Shown: one piece after another, positions 59,214-64,000 of the stretch | How positions within the stretch are numbered: the first letter of the stretch is position 1 | Layout: each line of letters begins with the position of its first letter | Origin: Vulcanimicrobiales bacterium | Lineage (GTDB): Bacteria; Vulcanimicrobiota; Vulcanimicrobiia; Vulcanimicrobiales; Vulcanimicrobiaceae | Assembly (NCBI GenBank): GCA_038231455.1 | Contig: JBBRLI010000011.1 | Coordinates: 1 to 64,000 of the forward strand | Direction: 5' to 3' | DNA length: 64,000 nt | The notes under the pieces: model-generated | Databases searched by the model: none | Told to the model about the DNA's origin: nothing | What the model saw: only the letters and a program-made list of their open reading frames with translations | Program-made: the position numbers and the translations under genes

Positions 59214-59522
59214 ATGCTGACGATTGCCGCTCGTGCGACCCTGTGGTTGCTATTTTTGACGTTCTTCACGCCTGGAGCTGTCATTGCAGCTCAAAAATCT
59301 TTTGTGGCCTCGGACCGCCGGATCGATAATCTCTACTCGGCACGGGCCAAACGCCGCCTTGCGACCTACCTGCGGTTGAAGTTCCTGGAGATGCGCAAAG
59401 TCGACCTCGACCGTGCGGCGCTGGTCGTCCAGCACCGGCTCGGAATCGAAAGCCTCTTCGTACCCGCGAACCCGGTCCCCCCGCGGAAGGATGCAAGGCC
59501 GGCCAAGCTGCCCGGCCAATGA
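59214..59522 (+). CDS. hypothetical protein with N-terminal hydrophobic segment
   Basis: Fills the gap before the Yip1 genes; no family recognised. Confidence 0.45.
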   Translation: MLTIAARATLWLLFLTFFTPGAVIAAQKSFVASDRRIDNLYSARAKRRLATYLRLKFLEMRKVDLDRAALVVQHRLGIESLFVPANPVPPRKDARPAKLPGQ

Positions 59523-59529
59523 GGGGGCC

Positions 59530-60195
59530 GTGGCCTCCGCTCGATTCTCGCCCCAGATTCTCCTGAAGCTCATCGTCCAGCCGGTCGCGGCCCTCGATGA
59601 AATTCGCGAAAGTGCCCGCTGGGTTGAAGCCTACATCTTCACCGCCGCGTGCTCGTTCGCGGCATTCGTGCTCACGATCCCCGCCTCGAAGTATTATATG
59701 GCGACCATGCCAACAGGCGATCTGAAAAATTCCACAGTCGGGTCGGCCAATATCGCCTTTGCTGCCGTCACGATCCTCTCGTTCGTCGGGCCGCCGATCC
59801 TCTGGGTCGTGCAGGCCGCCGTTCTCCAGATCGCGGTTCGGCTCGGACGAGGCGAAACGAGCCTCCGCCGCCTCTACGCGCTCGTTGCGAATGCCGGCGT
59901 TCCGGCGAGCATCGGAGCCTTGATCGTGGGCATCGGCGTTCACGCGCAGGATCCCGCAAAATTTCACTCGGCGCTCGACCTCACACTTTCGCTGCCGATT
60001 ACGCTTGCCGCGCTCTTGCACCGCACGCCGCAGGAGGCGCTATTTTTTAGCTCCTACGGCATTTTCAACATCTGGTCGTACGTGCTCGTCGCGATCGGCC
60101 TCGTACGCGGTGCGAAGCTCTCTCCGCTGGTCGCCGCACTTACGATGCTGGCAATTAGCTTAGGCGTCGCACTTGCGCGATCGCAGTTCAGTTAG
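59530..60195 (+). CDS. Yip1 domain membrane protein
   Basis: LIVQPVAALDEI start pattern, ~5 TM, IFNIWSYVLVAIGL; GTG after GAGGGG. Confidence 0.75.
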   Translation: MASARFSPQILLKLIVQPVAALDEIRESARWVEAYIFTAACSFAAFVLTIPASKYYMATMPTGDLKNSTVGSANIAFAAVTILSFVGPPILWVVQAAVLQIAVRLGRGETSLRRLYALVANAGVPASIGALIVGIGVHAQDPAKFHSALDLTLSLPITLAALLHRTPQEALFFSSYGIFNIWSYVLVAIGLVRGAKLSPLVAALTMLAISLGVALARSQFS

Positions 60196-60280
60196 AAGAA
60201 CGCGTATCGCATGAAGTGAAACATTCCGTACCTCGCTCTGTACCAACACGGCGAGCCTGCTTGGTTTAAGGAGTTACGGG

Positions 60281-61030
60281 ATGGTCTCGGAACCAATGAC
60301 TGCACCTAAGGGCAATGGTCTTACGACGGCCCTCGATATTGTTGTATCACCGGCGGATGCGTTTGCCCGCCTGCGCGTCGTCCCCACGTGGGGTTATGCG
60401 TTTCTGATCGCTGCTGTGCTCGGCATGGTTGGCGGATTTCTTGGGTCCGCCGCAAGTGAACACGCGACGATTGCGAGCATACCGGCCGCGATGGCGAAAA
60501 ATCCGGCGGCCGCGCAAATGACCCCGGAAAAACGTCAAGCCTCGATCGACGCTCAGGTCGGAATCACGAAAGCCGTTTCGAAATTCAACTTCGCGTTCGT
60601 TCCGCTGATTCTGCTTGTGAGCGCACTCCTACAGAGTGTCTATCTCTTGATCTTCAATGCGATCGTGCGCGGAGAGGGCAACTTTAAAAAGTACTGGGCG
60701 CTTGCGATCAACATTTCGATTGTCGGGATTGGCCTGGGGACGCTCGTCTTGGGCGTCATCGAATTGATCCGCGGACCGGAAGCGTTCAACTCGCAAAGCG
60801 ACTTGTTCAACGCGCTTCCAAGCCTTGCGTGGATCGTTCCCGGATCGACGGGCTTTCTTCACGGGTTTCTCGCCTCGTGCTCGGTCTTCGCATTGTGGGC
60901 AACCGGACTTTTCGCGATGGGCCTCATCGGAATGGCAAGAATTAAACCCGCCCAAGCCTATGTCGGAGCCGGACTTATGCTCGTGTTCGGCGCGGTCATC
61001 GGCGGCGTTTTTGCCAGTTTTCAAGGGTAA
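60281..61030 (+). CDS. Yip1 domain membrane protein (YknW-like)
   Basis: IVVSPADAFARL..P.W, ~5 TM, SVFALW; AAGGAG SD. Confidence 0.8.
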   Translation: MVSEPMTAPKGNGLTTALDIVVSPADAFARLRVVPTWGYAFLIAAVLGMVGGFLGSAASEHATIASIPAAMAKNPAAAQMTPEKRQASIDAQVGITKAVSKFNFAFVPLILLVSALLQSVYLLIFNAIVRGEGNFKKYWALAINISIVGIGLGTLVLGVIELIRGPEAFNSQSDLFNALPSLAWIVPGSTGFLHGFLASCSVFALWATGLFAMGLIGMARIKPAQAYVGAGLMLVFGAVIGGVFASFQG

Positions 61031-61046
61031 GCGAAAGGCACCAGCG

Positions 61047-62459
61047 TTGCGTACCACTTCAATCATCGGCGGGCTCATCGCCGCCGTATTTCTCGGCGCG
61101 CCGGCGTTCGCGGCGGACCCCGGTCCGCTCGATCTGCAAGGCGCGCTGAAGTTCGCACTCAACCATAGCCAAACGATTCTTGCGAAACGCTCGACCCTCG
61201 CGAGTCTCGAATCAAACTATGCGCGTCTGCATGCCGCGGAGTTTCCAACCATCGTTGGATCGTTGCAAAATACGCTTCAGAAGAGCGCGAACACCGCCGG
61301 TGCGTTCCAGCAGTTTAACCTCTCGCAGCAAAGCGTCTTTTCGCAGAACACCGCGCAGATCGGTTCGAATTGGACGATCAATACCGGATCGTCGCAGCAA
61401 ATCAGCGCGCAGCAAGCAAAACGCCAGCAAGACGCGGCACAAGCCGACTTACATCGTTCGGAGCAGCAGCTCGCGGTCGACGTGAGCAACGGATTTTACG
61501 CGCTCGTCGCCAAGCGTGAAGCAACGCGACTCGCGCGTGCGGACCGCGCCTATCAACAAGCTTTACTCGACGTTGCACGGCAGAGTGAAAAAGTCGGCCG
61601 TGTCGCCGGTGTCGACGTCTTGCGCGCACAGGCCAACGAGCTGCGAAGCGAGTCGACGCTCGTCTCAACGACGAGCGATGAGGCGACGGCCGCCGAGACG
61701 CTCGCACAGACGATCGGCGCGCCTGCGGAGACCGCTTTTGCAATCCCGACCATCGTTCCTGAACCCGCACTCGTACAGACACCGGTCGCCCAACTCATCA
61801 CGATCGCACAGAATACGCGCCTCGATATTCTCGGCGCACGTGCGACACTCGATGCCGACCGGCTCGCCGACGGTTTGATCGAGACCGATCGCCGTCCGAT
61901 CGTTCAACTCGGCGGTTCGTTCGGCAATCAAACCTCGCCGACGACCTTCGTCTCTCAGCAGCGCAGCATCGATGCGCAGAACGCGATCAATCGTCAACTC
62001 GGTCAACCGCTACTACCGAACGTCGTGCGCGGCGGCCCGGGATTCTGGCAGCTCAACGCAACATCGTCGTTTTCGCTTCCGCTCATCGAATACGGTTCGC
62101 GCCGCGCCCAACACAACGCGGCACGTGCCGCGATCGACGCTGCGCAGTCACAGCTCGACGCAACTAAACGCAGCGTCGAGATCGACGTCCGCCAAGCGCT
62201 TCGCGCCGCGCAAACGGCATCGGCCACACTCGCGTTCGCCAAGCAGTCAGCGCAGTTCGGCGCCGAATCCGCTCGCGTCGCGCAGTTGCAATATAAAAAC
62301 GGACTGATTTCCCTCACTGATGCGACAGCCGCCGAGCAGACGTCGCTCAGTTCGCAGAACGATCTCATCAATGCCCGGATCGCGTATGTCGAGGCCGCGA
62401 TTCGTCTTCGCGTGGCCCTCGGCACGTATGACCCGCTCGTCGCCGTGGATGTGAAATAA
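61047..62459 (+). CDS. TolC family outer-membrane efflux protein
   Basis: Signal peptide, LQGALKFAL, DVLRAQ, FSLPL, QYKNGLISLTD; TTG 61047. Confidence 0.9.
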   Translation: MRTTSIIGGLIAAVFLGAPAFAADPGPLDLQGALKFALNHSQTILAKRSTLASLESNYARLHAAEFPTIVGSLQNTLQKSANTAGAFQQFNLSQQSVFSQNTAQIGSNWTINTGSSQQISAQQAKRQQDAAQADLHRSEQQLAVDVSNGFYALVAKREATRLARADRAYQQALLDVARQSEKVGRVAGVDVLRAQANELRSESTLVSTTSDEATAAETLAQTIGAPAETAFAIPTIVPEPALVQTPVAQLITIAQNTRLDILGARATLDADRLADGLIETDRRPIVQLGGSFGNQTSPTTFVSQQRSIDAQNAINRQLGQPLLPNVVRGGPGFWQLNATSSFSLPLIEYGSRRAQHNAARAAIDAAQSQLDATKRSVEIDVRQALRAAQTASATLAFAKQSAQFGAESARVAQLQYKNGLISLTDATAAEQTSLSSQNDLINARIAYVEAAIRLRVALGTYDPLVAVDVK

Positions 62460-62460
62460 C

Positions 62461-64000
62461 ATGAATCGCCGCCGGAATATCATCATACTCGTAGGCGCGC
62501 TCGCCGCGATCATTATCATCGCGATCGTCGCGAACGCCTCCAAACCCAAGGGCAGCGGGCTGACCGTCTCAACGCAAACCATCGTCTACACGCGCTTCAC
62601 GACCCGGCTGCCGGAGACCGGAACGCTCCAGCGTCCGCAAACGCAAACGCTCGCAGCGCTCGTCGGCGGCAATCTCGGCGCACTCTACGTCCACCCGGGC
62701 GATCACGTTACGCAAGGGCAACTCGTCGCGACGGTCGAGAACCCGCAGCTCGCCTCGTCACTATCGACAGCCCGTGACACGCTGCTCTCCGCACAAGCTC
62801 GAGTCAAGACGGTCGCCGAAACCAATGCCGCACTTCCGGCGCAGAATCGTTCCTCGATCGTGCAAGCACAAGCCGCTGTCGAGCAAGCAAAGTTCGCACT
62901 CAATCAAGCTCGGCAGGACGCACTAAACGGATCGCAATCCGGCCTCGGCTACGGCGGCTCGTCGGCCGAAGAACAGCGCCTCTCCGCGAATGCAAGTGTC
63001 GCGAACGCCGATAGCAACTTGAGCGAAGCGCAGCGAATCTATAATGCCAATAAAGACTTGTTCGCGAATAAAGCGATTTCGAAAGACCAGCTTGATTCCT
63101 CACAAGCAAGATTCGTGCAAGCGCAAGTCGCCGACAATCAAGCGCGTCGCCAGCGTGACTTTACAATCCAAAATCTCGGCCGCCAAAAACCCGTTTTGCA
63201 AGATCGCGCTCGCGCGTCCGAAGACAGCCTTCGACAAGCGCAAGCCCAACTTGCTGCGGCCCAAGCAAACGCCGCACAATCGAAATCCGGCGATCTCGAC
63301 TCGGCGCGGGCCGATGCGGCAAAGGCGCAGAGCGACTATCAGTATGCCGCAGACCAAGTGGCGCGCCTGCAAATCCACGCGCCCATCAGTGGGACGGTGC
63401 AAACGATCGCATCCCAAACCACGGATACTCTGCGGCAACTCCAACCCGGCGACTCCGTTACGGTAGGACAAGCGCTCGTGACCGTTGCGGGCGATAATGG
63501 CCTCGTGGTACGCACGAAAGTAGACGAACAGGACGTTGCCTCCATTCGCGTCGGTCAGCGCGCGAATGTAAGCGGCGAAGACCTCGGCGGCAAAACGCTA
63601 CCCGGACATATCTCGTTCATCTCCGCTGTCGCTCAAAAGAGCGACGATCCATCCAATACCGCTCGTCAAGTCATCACGACCGTGGCCCTCGACAAGACGC
63701 TCCCCTTCTTGCGCGATGGCATGACGGTCGATGTCGATATCCTCACGCGCGACATGCCGCACACGATCGCCGTTCCGAATGACGCGATTCGCAAAGAGAC
63801 GAACGGCAACGCTTCCTACGTTTTCGTTCTCTCGGGCGGTAAGGCCAAGAAAACGTCGATCAAAACCGGGCTCGCGAATGATTCGCAAACGATCGTATCG
63901 AGCGGCGTCAAGCCCGGCGATGTGATCGTCACCGAGAATAATCCGCTCGTCACCGACGGTGCGGCCGTGGCTCCCAAGCCGAAACCATCGGCCTTGCCGA
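62461..64000 (+). CDS. efflux periplasmic adaptor (MFP), truncated by window end
   Basis: Not in the ORF track (no stop in window). MNRRRNIIILVGAL TM, VHPGDHVTQGQLV, coiled coil, IHAPISGTV, VDEQDV..IRVGQ, GMTVDVDI, VPNDAI. Confidence 0.9.
   Translation, partial: MNRRRNIIILVGALAAIIIIAIVANASKPKGSGLTVSTQTIVYTRFTTRLPETGTLQRPQTQTLAALVGGNLGALYVHPGDHVTQGQLVATVENPQLASSLSTARDTLLSAQARVKTVAETNAALPAQNRSSIVQAQAAVEQAKFALNQARQDALNGSQSGLGYGGSSAEEQRLSANASVANADSNLSEAQRIYNANKDLFANKAISKDQLDSSQARFVQAQVADNQARRQRDFTIQNLGRQKPVLQDRARASEDSLRQAQAQLAAAQANAAQSKSGDLDSARADAAKAQSDYQYAADQVARLQIHAPISGTVQTIASQTTDTLRQLQPGDSVTVGQALVTVAGDNGLVVRTKVDEQDVASIRVGQRANVSGEDLGGKTLPGHISFISAVAQKSDDPSNTARQVITTVALDKTLPFLRDGMTVDVDILTRDMPHTIAVPNDAIRKETNGNASYVFVLSGGKAKKTSIKTGLANDSQTIVSSGVKPGDVIVTENNPLVTDGAAVAPKPKPSALP

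Overview
High-GC bacterial chromosomal region, mostly housekeeping. It contains a broken algI-like MBOAT gene, ppdK, a complete arginine cluster (argB divergent from argF-argR-argG-argH-argC-argJ-argD, with tandem ARG boxes), alpha2-type glycyl-tRNA ligase, rlmN, a family-4 UDG, secA and prfB (programmed frameshift), LCP, rimO, yajQ, rodZ, mnmA, futalosine-pathway mqnE-mqnA-mqnC, ftsK, rnj, and a Yip1-Yip1-TolC-MFP export operon running off the right end. Terrabacterial markers together with outer-membrane proteins suggest a diderm lineage such as Ca. Eremiobacterota (inference only). The most unusual elements are: (1) two paralogous modules, each an Oar-like TonB-dependent receptor followed by a lipoprotein of a family I do not recognise, plus signal-peptide TonB-C proteins, forming a possible SusCD-analogous uptake system; (2) a ~200-nt multibranched inverted-repeat element and a ~115-bp repeat pair, with strand-specific G/T-rich synonymous codons in flanking genes; (3) a low-GC islet with a Cys-rich lipoprotein and partner gene beside exact tandem duplications; (4) a Tat-signal microprotein coupled to a signal-less amidase; (5) apparently frequent leaderless genes. 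No rRNA, tRNA, CRISPR array or transposase was recognised. All calls come from reading motifs by eye; no searches were run.
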